Positions 1-11,714 of a DNA stretch of 64,000 nt are shown here, one piece after another. Each line of letters starts with the position of its first letter. The first letter of the stretch is position 1. The notes beneath the pieces were generated by a model, which had not been told where the DNA came from, did not search any database, and saw only the letters and a list, made by a program, of their open reading frames with translations. The translations under genes were made by a program, and so were the position numbers. This DNA comes from Eledone cirrhosa (taxonomy: Eukaryota), in the NCBI GenBank assembly GCA_964016885.1, contig OZ024740.1, forward strand, positions 280,240,001 to 280,304,000, given 5' to 3'.

Positions 1-124
1 TAAAAGGTGGAAAACTGGGAGAGGGCACTTGCCCTGGTGGTCAGGGCCACTGTGGTCTTTTAATGGGCTTTCTCCACAAATGTCCCTCGGAAGTCTCCCC
101 CCTATTGGGGAATTTTTCTTTGTT

Positions 125-957
125 ATAATAATAATAATAATAATAATGTTTTCTTTAATAACCACAAGGGTTTACATAAAGTAGACATTAAGGACAGTAC
201 AGGAAAATACAGGACGGTACAAATGGGCAATTCTGCGTAAAAAAACCCCCCAAAAACAGAGGGTGTAACAAAAAAAGAACAATGAAAAATTCCCCAATAG
301 GGGGGAGACTTCCGAGGGCCATCGTGGAGAAAGCCCATTAAATAAAAAGCCACGGTGACCCTGACAACCAGGGCAAGTGCCCTCTCCCAGTTTTCCACCT
401 TCAATTTACCTTCAAATACTCAGAGTAGGTCCATTCACACGGGCCATTCTTGCCACTCTCAATCCTTCTTTCAACCAAATGCTGGGAAGATAACACTTCC
501 CTAACTACCCTGATTTTCCTTTTCAGGGCATCACCGAAGAGGCATTTCTGCGTGTACAAAAAAAACAGAGGATGTAATAAAAAATAACAATGAAAAATTC
601 CCCAATAGAGGGGAGACTTCCGAAGGACATTTGTGGAGAAAGCCGATTAAAAGGCCACAGTGACCCTGACCTCTCTACCCTGATTTTCCTTCTCAAATGA
701 AATTTGAAAAAGTTAATCAGGGCATCACCGAAGAGGTAAGTGCTCGTCTTCAGCCCTTTCAAACGTGTCCACCATACTATCTCTTTCGCCATGGCCACCA
801 GACAGATAAAAACTGCCTGCCCTTCCCGGCTAAAGGAAGAGGGCGGGGGTAATCCTCACGATGGACTCAGCTGATAGCTGGATCCGTCCTACACGTGACA
901 GCAGGTGTTCGACATAAACCCACAAGTCAGCAACGCTCGGACACTGGAGCATTTCTG
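125..957 (-). mobile_element. Rearranged 3' fragment of a Tx1/L1-like non-LTR retrotransposon (C-terminal ORF2 remnant, 3' UTR, (TTA)n tail); 1-122 is an inverted partial copy
   Basis: Minus-strand peptide AMAKEIVWWTRLKGLKTSTYLFGDALINFFKFHLRRKIRVER is homologous to ORF 34452-34913. The 3' UTR ends cccttgtggttattaaagaaa followed by a simple-repeat tail. Clade assignment is from resemblance only. Confidence 0.65.
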
Positions 958-983
958 ACTTGTGGGTTTAATAATAATAATAA

Positions 984-1813
984 AATCCCTTCATAGTACC
1001 TTCTTTGAGAAAACTGAATTCAGAGATCCACAGACATGGAACTGGTTGAAAAGAGGAGACCTTAAAAAGGCTACAGAAGGAATGCTAATGGCTGCGCAAG
1101 AGCAGGCCCTCAAAACGAAGTGGCTGAAACACCATATTTACAAGGAGGAGGCTGGCCCACTGCGTAGGATCTGTGGAGAGAGAGAGGAGACTGTGGTTCA
1201 CATTGTATCCGAGTGTAAACATCTAGCCCAGACTCACTATAAGTGCTGGAGACATGATGTGAAGGGCAGGGTGAATCCACTGGCATTTATGCAAAGTAAA
1301 TAATTTACCACATTCTGAGAAGTGGTATGAGCATAAGCCAGAGTCGGTGATAGAAAACGATCAGGTGAAGGTGCTGTAGGATTTTAGGATACAGACGGCC
1401 AAGAAACTGGAACACAATAGACCTGACCTGGTGGTTTTGGACAAGGAAAAAAGATCGTACCTGATTGTGGATGTAGCCTGCCCATTCGACACGAGATTGC
1501 AAGAAAAGGAGAGGGAGAAAATTAACCGACACCAGGACTTAAAGTGGAAGGTAAAAAGGATTTGGAACTGCCATGAGGTCAAAGTGGTCCCTATTGACAT
1601 AGGCGCACTAGGTACTATCTCAAAGAGTTTCCAAGGATGGTTAAAGAAAATTGGTCCCGCCCCGCTTTTTGGAACACTTCAAAAGGCATGCTTGCTGGGA
1701 ACAGCAAGAACCCTCCGATACATCCTGAATATCTGAGGCTGCAGGAAGCGGCTTGATATTCAATTCAACAAACTTTCCAGTTAAATAACATCAATGACTG
1801 AAACTCAAAGAAC
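984..1813 (+). mobile_element. 5'-truncated Dong/R4-clade non-LTR retrotransposon (CCHC finger plus restriction-like endonuclease), disrupted
   Basis: Peptides AAQEQALKT, RICGEREETVVHIVSEC, WRHD, NRPDLVVLDKEKRSYLIVDVACPFD, VVPIDIGALG and LQKACLLGTARTLR. Flanked on both sides by (TAA)n at 969-983 and 1814-1828. Confidence 0.85.
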
Positions 1814-1828
1814 AATAATAATAATAAT

Positions 1829-1925
1829 TATACTAATAATGCTTTCTTTATTAACCACAAGGGTTGACACAAAGTATAACATTAAGGACAGCACAGGACA
1901 ATACAAATGGGCATTTCCTCGTGTA
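1829..1925 (-). mobile_element. 3' tail of the Tx1/L1-like family
   Basis: ttctttattaaccacaagggttgacac...ttaaggacagcacagga matches 150-205. Confidence 0.6.
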
Positions 1926-2842
1926 AAGAAACAAAAACAGAATAATAATAATAATTTATGCAATATATTCATGCTAATTCAACCTGAGCACTTAACCTAT
2001 TTCAGTTGGAAGCACGGCCTGCCTCTGATACGGCTATCATGGGATTGTTTATCACAATAGTTCCCAACCTTTTTTTACTTACGGCACATTTTTGAAGGAG
2101 GCCTGCGAGGTGGTGTGGTTGTTGCAGCGGGTGTCGCTGCTTATTGTCCTCGGAAACGCCTTTGCAGTTTTGTCCGCGGGGCGCAGCCGAAACACCGCCT
2201 CGACCTAGGCGAAGAGTCTGTCACTCACTCTCCTGCTTTCTCTCTTTCTTTCGTTGCCTAATGATCCTTACTCTTTCCCTTCTTTACTTCTCATTTATGG
2301 CATTTATAGTCCTTTCATTTACTTTCCTACACAGCCAGATCTGCCCTTCAGTACACCTTTCTATTTTTTTCATTATTTAATTTTGTTTTTATCTTTCTTT
2401 TAGAATCTCCTTCATTGTAAAACTTCAGCCTATAAAATTAAAATATAGTTGACATAATATGTTTATGTATAACAGATAACAAAATAAAATAAAAGACTGT
2501 AAATTACAAGTAACTAAACAGATATATAAGATATATCCAATTAAATTTCGACCCTCCCCCCCGCCCCAAAAAAAACGCAAGAGAATTATTACAAACCATT
2601 AAAGAATTTTTACCAAATTAACTTATGAAAAACGTGATTGAGGTCTTGACTTTACGTATTTGCACTTGACATGCAGAAATCTAAAAATACAGCCAGGGGA
2701 GTGTTCAGATAGCTGTTCAGCATATGTGAAAACATCGCCAGATATTTCTGTCAAACTGTTTCGTCCATGTAGCGGGATGTATGTATGTATGTATGTATGT
2801 ATGTATGTATGTATGTATGCATGTATGTATGTATGTATGTAT

Positions 2843-3280
2843 TAAGAGAGTGGGACTGGCTTTGTGCAGTGCGAGAGATGACCCCTTAGCCTTTGTCAAG
2901 GCAGAATTCTAGGAGAAGGAAAACTCTGATATAACACCTGCAACGCTGATGGTATCCAATGATGTTGACTTGTTCTTCTTTTTGGTAAATATCATCTTGG
3001 TTAAGACAGTGGGACTGGCTTTGTGCAGTGCCTTTGCTCACTATAAAAGCTTCACGGCACAGGCATTGCTTTATATCTGGAGATCTCTCTGCACTTGTCA
3101 TCACATGGTACCAAGGGCCCAGCACTATGTGTCAATAATTGTCACAAGTGTAGTGTTTGTACCAGAGTTTTCAAGTCTCTGGCTGGACTAAAATGTCACA
3201 CTCGTTCAGCGCATCGGTAGGGGTTCTCCTACATGGATATAAGGTAGTGACCGTACTCGAAAACGAGTTGGCAGCCACCA
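2843..3280 (+). mobile_element. Non-autonomous RTE-related retroelement with (ATGT)n tail, 5'-truncated
   Basis: Near-identical to 31120-31523. Contains ctaggagaaggaaaactctga, which resembles RTE-clade 5' UTRs. Flanked by (ATGT)n at 2777-2840 and 3280-3390. Confidence 0.65.
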
Positions 3281-3389
3281 TGTATGTATGTATGTATGTA
3301 TGTATGTATGTATGTATGTATGTATGTATGTATGTATGTATGTATGTATGTATGTATGTATGTATGTATGTATGTGTGTATGTATGTAT

Positions 3390-3575
3390 GTCCCACTCTC
3401 TTAACCAAGATGATATTTACCAAAAAGAAGAACAAGTCAACATCATTGGATACCATCAGGGTTGCAGGTGTTATATCAGAGTTTTCCTTCTCCTAGAATG
3501 CAGGTTCTCCTACATGGATATAAAGTAGTGGCCGTACTCGAAAACGAGTTGGCAGCCACCATGTATGTATGTATG
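3390..3575 (+). mobile_element. Short 5'-inverted copy of the same (ATGT)n-tailed element
   Basis: 3390-3498 is the reverse complement of about 2908-3013; 3503-3560 is the sense 3' end followed by atgt repeats. Confidence 0.75.
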
Positions 3576-3581
3576 TGCATT

Positions 3582-3704
<123 letters not shown>

Positions 3705-3827
3705 TTATATATGTAATGTCTGTGTAAATATATATATGTATATATATGTAATGTTTGTGTAAATATGTATATATATATTTATTTATTTATTTATTTATAT
3801 ATGTATACATATATGTAATGTCTGTGT

Positions 3828-3904
<77 letters not shown>

Positions 3905-3934
3905 AAAGAATAGAGGTGTAACACACAAGTTATT

Positions 3935-4336
3935 ATATATTGGTAAACGGAATAGAAAATGGTGACAAATTGTTCACAGTTGAAAAATGGTTTAATTAGG
4001 AATAAAAGAGTATTAGTGATTGTATGGGTTAGTATTCAGTTGTGGTTTTAAGTTTTTAAGTTTTTACCGGTTGCGCATTTCTAAATGCTTTTCAAAAATA
4101 ATTTTGAGATAGAGTGTCCGTGCTGTTTGCTCTGATCAGAGCAAACAGCACGGACACTCTATCTCAAAATTATTTTTGAAAAGCATTTAGAAATGCGCAA
4201 CCGGTAAAAACTTAAAAACTTAAAACCACAACTGAATACTAACCCATACAATCACTAATACTCTTTTATTCCTAATTAAACCATTTTTCAACTGTGAACA
4301 ATTTGTCAGCATTTTCTATTCCGTTTACCAATATAT
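3935..4336. repeat. About 200-bp-arm, spacerless palindrome in (TA)n carrying a degenerate hammerhead
   Basis: Centre tctgatcaga at 4131-4140; one mismatch seen between arms. Motif TTGAAAA-gcattt ag aaatgc-GCAA-ccgg-TA at about 4176-4206. Confidence 0.85.
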
Positions 4337-4362
4337 ATATATATATATAATGTCTGTGTGTG

Positions 4363-4398
<36 letters not shown>

Positions 4399-4409
4399 GT
4401 CTGTGTGTG

Positions 4410-4445
<36 letters not shown>

Positions 4446-4456
4446 GTCTGTGTGTG

Positions 4457-4579
<123 letters not shown>

Positions 4580-4621
4580 ATATATATTTAATGTCTATGT
4601 GTGTATATGTATATATCTTTT

Positions 4622-5245
4622 CTAGGGCGAGTAAAATTCCCGAGATCCATGGACGAGTTCTCTCCAGCGGTCTCTGTCCCTCATTATCGCTGCCATGTCC
4701 TGCGTCTCCAACAGACCAGTGTCTGTCCTTAGGGCATCAACATACGTTAATCTTGGCCTTCCTCTTCCAGTGTGTTCATGCAGGGACTCCCACAGGAGCA
4801 CTGAGTGCAATGTCAACTCTGGATGTCGGAGAGCATGTCCAGCTAACCTCAGTCTCCTCTGTTCTACTTTTGAGCTGACTTTTGGGAGGCTCCCATACAG
4901 CTCTAAATGTATCACTAATGTAGGCGGGAAGCCGCTAGAATTTGTTGAGTACTTCCTGTATTTGGGAGCAAAGATTGGGAATACGGAAGATGATGTGGTC
5001 GAGAGGAAGAGCAAAGCCTGGGCGGTGTGCCACAGCTTGAGATTGGTGTGGAAGTCGGACCTTCGTAAAGACCTGAAGATCCGCCTCTTCACTGCTGTAG
5101 TACAGTCTGAGCTGCTGTACGGGTCTGAGACTTGGACACTGACCAAGAAACTCACTCAGATGGTGGATGGGTGCTACACGAGAATGCTGAGGATGGCTCT
5201 GAACATTAATCAGTATACACTGAGGATGAAATACTCAGAGCTGTA
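4622..5245 (-). mobile_element. RTE-clade LINE 3' fragment with 5' inversion
   Basis: 4622-4905 minus encodes [22 protein letters not shown]...EFYSP*. 4910-5245 plus encodes YFLYLGAKIG...[11 protein letters not shown]...RMLRMALNI. Confidence 0.9.
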
Positions 5246-5450
5246 TATATATAAAAGAGAAAACACAGGTAAGCATTAAGAAAAGGATTTTATCCAGGTA
5301 TTTACGATATAACTGGATCACAATAAACATTTTCCTGCTTCCCTAACTATATATATAAGCAAAGAGTTATTTAATTTGTTGGTTATTCAACAAATTTATT
5401 TTTAACAGATTCGAAGCACCCTACAGTTTTCTTCTGGAGTGTAATATCAA

Positions 5451-5719
5451 TAATATTAATAAATGGAAACTATCTTTATAAAACCATATTTATTTTATTA
5501 TATATATTTCAAGGGTACCAACATTTTGGTACGCCCTCATCAGATAAAATACAAAAGTTGTTTTACAGATAGTGACATATCCCAAAACAAGATAATTATT
5601 TCACTCTCTTTACACCATCACTTTTTGTATTTTGTCTGATGAGAGCGTACCAAAATTTTGGTACCCTTGAAATATATATAATAAAATAAATAGGGTTTTA
5701 TAAAGACAGTTTCCATTTA

Positions 5720-5729
<10 letters not shown>
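5451..5729. mobile_element. Fold-back non-coding element, arms about 5451-5557 and 5621-5729, with a hammerhead in each arm
   Basis: Arms are diverged reverse complements; the element abuts (TA)n. Confidence 0.8.
5629..5687 (+). ncRNA. Type I hammerhead ribozyme (minimal); mirror copy on minus strand at about 5492-5550
   Basis: attttgt-CTGATGA-gagcgtaccaaaattttggtaccctt-GAAA-t atat a-TA|ataaaat. Stem I attttgt/ataaaat, AUA triplet, predicted cut after 5680. Confidence 0.75.
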
Positions 5730-5750
<21 letters not shown>

Positions 5751-6254
5751 AACGTTTGGAGTTGTAAGGCCAAGACAATGCAGGTATGGATAAAGAATAT
5801 AAATGCAAATGCAAAAGATATTGTTGACAATTAGTCTTTTATCTTAAATTTATTTAAATATCCTTAATTTTCGAGATAATATCTTCTTCGGAGGGAAGTA
5901 AAGGGTTCTAATTAGCTTGCTAATTAAGGGTTCCAGTGTTCTAATTAGCTTGCCAAGTCATGCTGACAGGAAATGGTATAGAGATTCCATTCTATCTCTA
6001 ATGTCAGAGAGTGATGGTTAGGTGGATAAAGAGTAGTCTCCCTTTAAAAGGGCTTTTGTACATGTATGTTTAAGTGTGTGGGAGAATACGTGAAGGCGTA
6101 AGTATGCGCGTGTGTGTGTGAGTGTGTGTATGAGTGTGAGAAGATATGTCTCTACGTAAATGTGGGGGCTAGATGCTCTATCATGTTAAAACTGGTCTTT
6201 GTGTGTGTATGTGTGTGTGTGAGAGAGAATAAGTGGAGGTGTAAGTGTGTGTTG

Positions 6255-6292
<38 letters not shown>

Positions 6293-6342
6293 GCGTGTGC
6301 GTGTGCGTGTGCGTGTGCGTGTGTGTGTGCGTGTGCGTGTGT

Positions 6343-8786
6343 GTGAACTACAACTTCCTCCTTTCCTTACGCCTGAGCCAGGCCCAGTTCACAATTGTAA
6401 AGAAACTCTTCTAGCTATCTGAAAAGCGCGCCAAAGCCGGCTGCCAAATAAACTTCCTCAAACGATGCCTAAATAACAACATCATCCCCCAAACTATCAA
6501 AAACTTGCACCTACCAACATGCTTCAAATCACAAGGCCTCAAACGATCACGTAGCTACATACAAAAATTCTGCCTAAGAAAACTCATACAACACCTACAC
6601 CGCACGCTACAACAACACATACGGACTATTTCCAGCCTTGTACCACTACTCGCTGAAACCCCAGAACCTCTGCCCACAGTAATCTCCGCCGCTATAGACA
6701 GGTCATACCACCATTGCCGAGACTACGAGAAAATACGCCTAAAGCAAACATTTCTCAAACTCAGCACGGCTAACCGTCTTAACAACAACCCAACTCTAAG
6801 CACCAACAGAGGCGAACAAGACGGTACCAAGTTCATATTGAAACAGCGACTGGACGACAAATTATGGCTCGACATAGAAACGAATTTCTGTCGGGCCGCC
6901 TACCAACTAAAATGGATATCAACTCTCGGCAACAACGCCACGAAATCTAACACACCCAGATTCCCGATATACCAACTGGATCGCCCACTCTGCCCACCGC
7001 CTGCCAACCGCGAGCTTGAAGAAAAACTCTCGAGGCTAAAGAATTCCGTATTTAACATCCTACGGAAACAGAAGATAGCCCCAAACCTCTCCAGGACACA
7101 ACAACTCGCCCTGAAGAACCTGCGGAATATACTTATATACTTACCATCCGACAAAGGTAAAGAGTTTTGTGTCATCTCTCAAGCCACATACAACAACCTA
7201 GCCTTTGAACACCTAAGCGACAACGAACTATATACAGAGATCCCGGACATGACTGCAGCCCAGATCGAAAAACAGGCCAAATCCATCTGGTTCGATATCT
7301 GTAGGAGAAGACAACTCCCAAATAAAGTTAAGTTCAACTACACCACAAGAAATAGCAGACTGCCCACTTTCTATCACCTCATCAAGACCCACAAGAATAG
7401 TACTAAGACACAAATAAACCCATCGTCTCTAGCATATAAGGACCCCTATACAAAATCTCCTGGCTCCTCTCCCAGGTCCTCAAGCCTCTACTCTCCACCT
7501 TTCCCGGGCATGTCAGTAGCTCCGACGAGGTCATACGTAGACTACACCAACTCCAGCCAGAACAACTTAAATTAAATAGATACGCTTTTAGCCTCGACGT
7601 TGTCTCCCTCTACACTACAGTCGTCGCTCATCCAGCTGTCGATTTATTGACGGACTGCGTGATCGCAGAGGACATCCACTGCAACGGCCTCCATCCGATG
7701 GACATACACCAGCTTTTGTCCTTCACAGTGGACAACACGTACTTCACCTTCTACCACCACACATACAGACAGACAACAGGATTACCCATGGGATCTAGCC
7801 TATCGGGCCTGCTGGCCATCACCTATATGAACCAGCTAGAATGCCGAGCCCTCAACACCTGCCATTCCCATACCTTCTTCACCCGATATGTAGATGACAT
7901 ACTCATCCTTACATCATCCCGTGAGGAGGCGGATAAAATATACACGACGTTCTCCAGCATGGACGCCAGTATAAAGTTCAGCATGGAACATCCCGACGAC
8001 CGCGGATCCCTATCCCTACTGGACTTCCAACTCAGGGTAACAGAGGAAGGCAACATCCACATCTGCTTCTATAAAAAAGCCGCCAGCAGGGACCTGTTCG
8101 TACATTTCAGATCGGCCCTCCCAGCCGGCGCTAAGTTCGGATACATAAGGAACGAACTAACACGTATCCGGAACAAATGCACCGACGCAAGAGACCGAGA
8201 CACACACATCACACATTTCCTGAAAGTACTCAAACTGAACGGATACCCGACGTCCACCACGAACCGTGCCAGAAAGAACAGAGGACACCACACCCGAGGC
8301 ACTAACACCTGCTTCCTGAAGCTCCCACACTTCAGTGAGGAAACAACAGCCATCCGCAGAGCTATCAGACGAGAGGGACTAGATATCCAACTAGCCCACT
8401 CAGGACCTTCTCTACGCGGACAGTTAACCAAAAGACACTCCACCAGACATAACAGCCACTGCAGACTAGCCAACTGCCCCATCAACGACACAGACCTATG
8501 CCACCAGGCCTGCGTCATATACAGATTAGAGTGCGACAAATGCAGCAATTTCTACATAGGTAGCACCACCAGACCACTTCACATAAGAATAAAAGAACAC
8601 CTCAATACTAACGCTTCCTCATTTAAGAAACACCTAGTGAAATGCAAAAACACCGACAAAAACATAATAGTTAGGATAGAAACTAAGGAAAGAAACCTCG
8701 GCAATCTTAGAATTAAGGAAGCACTGATTATAGACAAAACACAACCACCAATCAATAATAGACTAGAACTCAACACCCAATTTTAA
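6343..8786 (+). pseudogene. PLE polyprotein (N-terminal region, reverse transcriptase, Cys-rich linker, GIY-YIG endonuclease), disrupted
   Basis: Motifs INFLKRC, YLPSDKGKEF, FYHLIKTHK, PIVSS, FSLDVVSLYT, QTTGLPMGSSLS, RYVDD, LSLLDF and CVIYRLECDKCSNFYIGSTTRPLHIRIKEH. Stop at 6412-6414, frameshift near 7418, stop at 7437-7439. Confidence 0.9.
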
Positions 8787-9207
8787 CATGATAGAGCACC
8801 TAGCCCCACACTCACACCCCTCTTACACACACGCACACGCACACACACACGCACATGCACACACACACACACACATACACACACACGCTTACACCTCCAC
8901 TTATTCTCTCTCACACACACACATACACACACAAAGACCAGTTTTAACATGATAGAGCATCTACCCCCCACATTTACGTAGAGACATATCTTCTCACACT
9001 CACACACACACACATACGTATACTCACGCCTTCACGTATTCTCCCACACACTTAAACATACATGTACAAAAGCCCTTTTAAAGGGAGACTACTCTTTATC
9101 CACCTAACCATCACTCTCTGACATTAGAGATATAATGGAATCTCTATACCATTTCCTGTCAGCATGACTTGGCAAGCTATTTAGAACACTGGATTAACCC
9201 CTTTACT

Positions 9208-9246
9208 TCCCTCCGAAGAAGAGATATTATCTCGAAAATTTAGGAT
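9208..9246 (+). ncRNA. Hammerhead-like motif in the PLE 3' pseudo-LTR (CCGAAGA variant); mirror copy near 5860-5897 minus
   Basis: cct-CCGAAGA-a gagat att atctc-GAAA-attt-agg. Stem III is essentially absent (AATT palindrome). Confidence 0.5.
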
Positions 9247-9466
9247 ATTTAAATAAATTTAAGGTAAAATACTAATTGTCAACAATATCTTTTGCATTTG
9301 CATTTATATTCTATATCCATAACTGCATTGTCTTGGCCTTACAACTCCAAACGCATATATATATAAGGTATATGGCCTTTAATGTGACGAAATGCCTACG
9401 ACGGTTGGAAGGCCACTGATGAGGACAAACTTTTTCATATTAATACCGCGTAAGCACGTTACTACC

Positions 9467-9544
<78 letters not shown>

Positions 9545-9550
<6 letters not shown>

Positions 9551-9720
9551 GGTAGTAACGTGCTTACGCGGTATTTGACTACATAGAATTAGTCTGTTAG
9601 TTGGGATTTAAAAAAACCCCCTCTGAATGGAAAAAAGGATGAGTATTGATGTACATGAGACACGAAGCCACATCTTTGGTTTGCCGGACCAATGTGTTAC
9701 CATTACACCAATACGCTACC
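9545..9720 (-). mobile_element. tRNA-derived SINE; second copy at 10629-10805 plus
   Basis: Head gggtagcgtattggtgtaatggtaacac...gtgggcttcgtgtctc has A/B-box-like motifs and a ttggt/accaa anticodon-like stem. The body is shared with 10629-10805. Confidence 0.65.
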
Positions 9721-9753
9721 CATTTGTAAACAAAGCCTGCTTTGTGTCTCCCT

Positions 9754-9820
<67 letters not shown>

Positions 9821-9827
9821 CATATAT

Positions 9828-10560
9828 ACGTTAACCTTGGTGTTCCTCTTCTAGTGTGTCCATGTAGGGGCTCCCACAGGAGCACTGAGTGCAATGTCAA
9901 CTCTGGATGTCGGTGAACATGTCCAGCTAACCTCAGTCTCCTCTGTGTCACTTTTGAGCTGACTTTTGGGATGCTCCCATACAGCTCTGAGTTTTTCATC
10001 CTCAGTGTATACTGATTAATGTTCAGAGCCATCCTCAGCATTCTCGTGTAGCACCCATCCACCATCTGAGTGAGTTTCCAAGTCTCAGACCCATACAGCA
10101 GCACAGACTCCACTACAGCAATGAAAAGGCGGATTTTCAGGTCTTTACGAAGGTCCGACTTCCACACCGATCTCAAGCTGTGGCACGCCGCCCAGGCTTT
10201 GCTCTTCCTCTCAACCACATCATCTTCCGTATTACCAATCTTTGCTCCCAAATACAGGAAGCCCTCAACCAATTCTAGCGGCTTCCCGCCTACATTAGTG
10301 ATCCCCTCTGGCTTCTCAACATTCTCTACCAGATATTTTGTTTTAGTCTCATTCATTCTCAGCCCCACACCCATCGACACAGTCTCAACCTCCCGCATCA
10401 AATCCGCTGCCTCCTTCACTGTATTTGTCACCAAAACTATGTTGATGCCCTAAGGACAGACACTGGTCTGTTGGAGACGCAGGACATGGCAGCGATAATG
10501 AGGGACAGAGACCGCTGGAGAGAACTCGTCCATGGATCTCGGGAATTTTACCCGCCTTAG
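9828..10560 (+). mobile_element. RTE-clade LINE 3' fragment with 5' inversion
   Basis: 9828-10432 minus encodes GLRMNETKTKYL...LLYGSETW...RRLRLAGH. 10438-10560 plus encodes [10 protein letters not shown]...EFYPP*, followed by (TA)n. Confidence 0.9.
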
Positions 10561-11079
10561 ATATATATATATATATATATATATACCTGCTATGGTTATA
10601 TAGCTTCTAATTGAATGGAAGGAAGCATGGGTGGCATGCTAGTTAAATGGTAACGCATTGGCCCCGCAAACCAAAGCTGTGGGTTTGTGTCCCATGTACG
10701 TGAATATTCATTCCTTTTTCCATTCAGAGGGTTTTTTTAAAACCCCAACTAACAGACTAATTCTATTTAGTCAAAAACGGCATAAGCACATGTCACTACC
10801 TAATTATCAAATTTGCTAGCCGTTATATATACACGTATACGCACATGCAGAATATTTATTACAACATGGATAGCTGTTTAGACAAGAAATTACAAGGTAT
10901 AAATAATCTACATCATATGTAATATATCAAATAGACGACGAAAGAATTATATTGACAAACTTTGGTCATACATACGAACATACATAAATGTATGCAAAAT
11001 TAATACATACATACTTACATATATACATACGGACCTAAATGCATGTAAGTGGGTATGCCTGCATACATACATACATACA

Positions 11080-11283
11080 TGATGGTTGCAACTCGATTTC
11101 AAGCAATGCCATCGCTTGATAATTAAGCCTGAGCATTACTGACGTAACTTTTTGTCTTGTTAGTGACTTGCCTATGGCCAGCCATACCATGCATAGCAAA
11201 AAATGTCACATGTCAAGTGGTGCCTGTGCTTGAAGCTTTTTTAAGTGAGGAAAGGCTTTGCACAGGGCCAATCCCACTCTCTG
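11080..11283 (-). mobile_element. Diverged copy of the (ATGT)n-tailed RTE-related element
   Basis: Reverse complement gagagtgggattggccctgtgcaaagccttt...gcacaggca; (CATA)n tail at 11062-11080. Confidence 0.55.
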
Positions 11284-11714
11284 AACATCGAATGCATTTA
11301 CCCCAAAAGTAGAACATACATACATACATATATACATACATACACTCCCTCTAAATATTGTTGCAGTTTTCTTTACTAGACATATGTTAATGATTATATA
11401 CGGAAGACAATTTCTCTTAGCTATAAATATCTTCGTGATGGTGGTAATTATTCTCATTAAACGCATTCCATATTAATGACAACTATTTTTACCGATTTAT
11501 TTTTGGGATTAACGTAGACCATTTTAATTACTTTATGGGATAAACCAAACAAATGCAAGTGCGATATACGGGACGAAACGAAAATATCTAAAATTATACT
11601 AAGATAGGAATAAGCTATTGTGCAGGCGTACACAATTATTTTTAAACAGGCATGTATAATTTCATAAGTACACATAACTATATATACACATATATAAAAT
11701 ACGCATATTGGATT

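Larger units (their letters stand above)
5753..9353 (+). mobile_element. Near full-length Penelope-like retroelement with inverted 5' pseudo-LTR (about 5753-6345 versus 8822-9353), inserted in (TA)n
   Basis: RT plus GIY-YIG reading frame between reverse-complementary arms of about 550-600 bp; TA repeats on both sides. Confidence 0.92.

Noticed and set aside
7411-7445. Selenocysteine read-through in the PLE RT, as reported for some Naiad PLEs
   Set aside because: The in-frame stops are TAA (7437) and TAG (6412), not TGA, and the endonuclease is C-terminal; these are ordinary inactivating mutations.
10629-10705. Functional tRNA gene
   Set aside because: No proper acceptor stem or T arm, two diverged copies share a non-tRNA body, and it is better explained as a SINE head.
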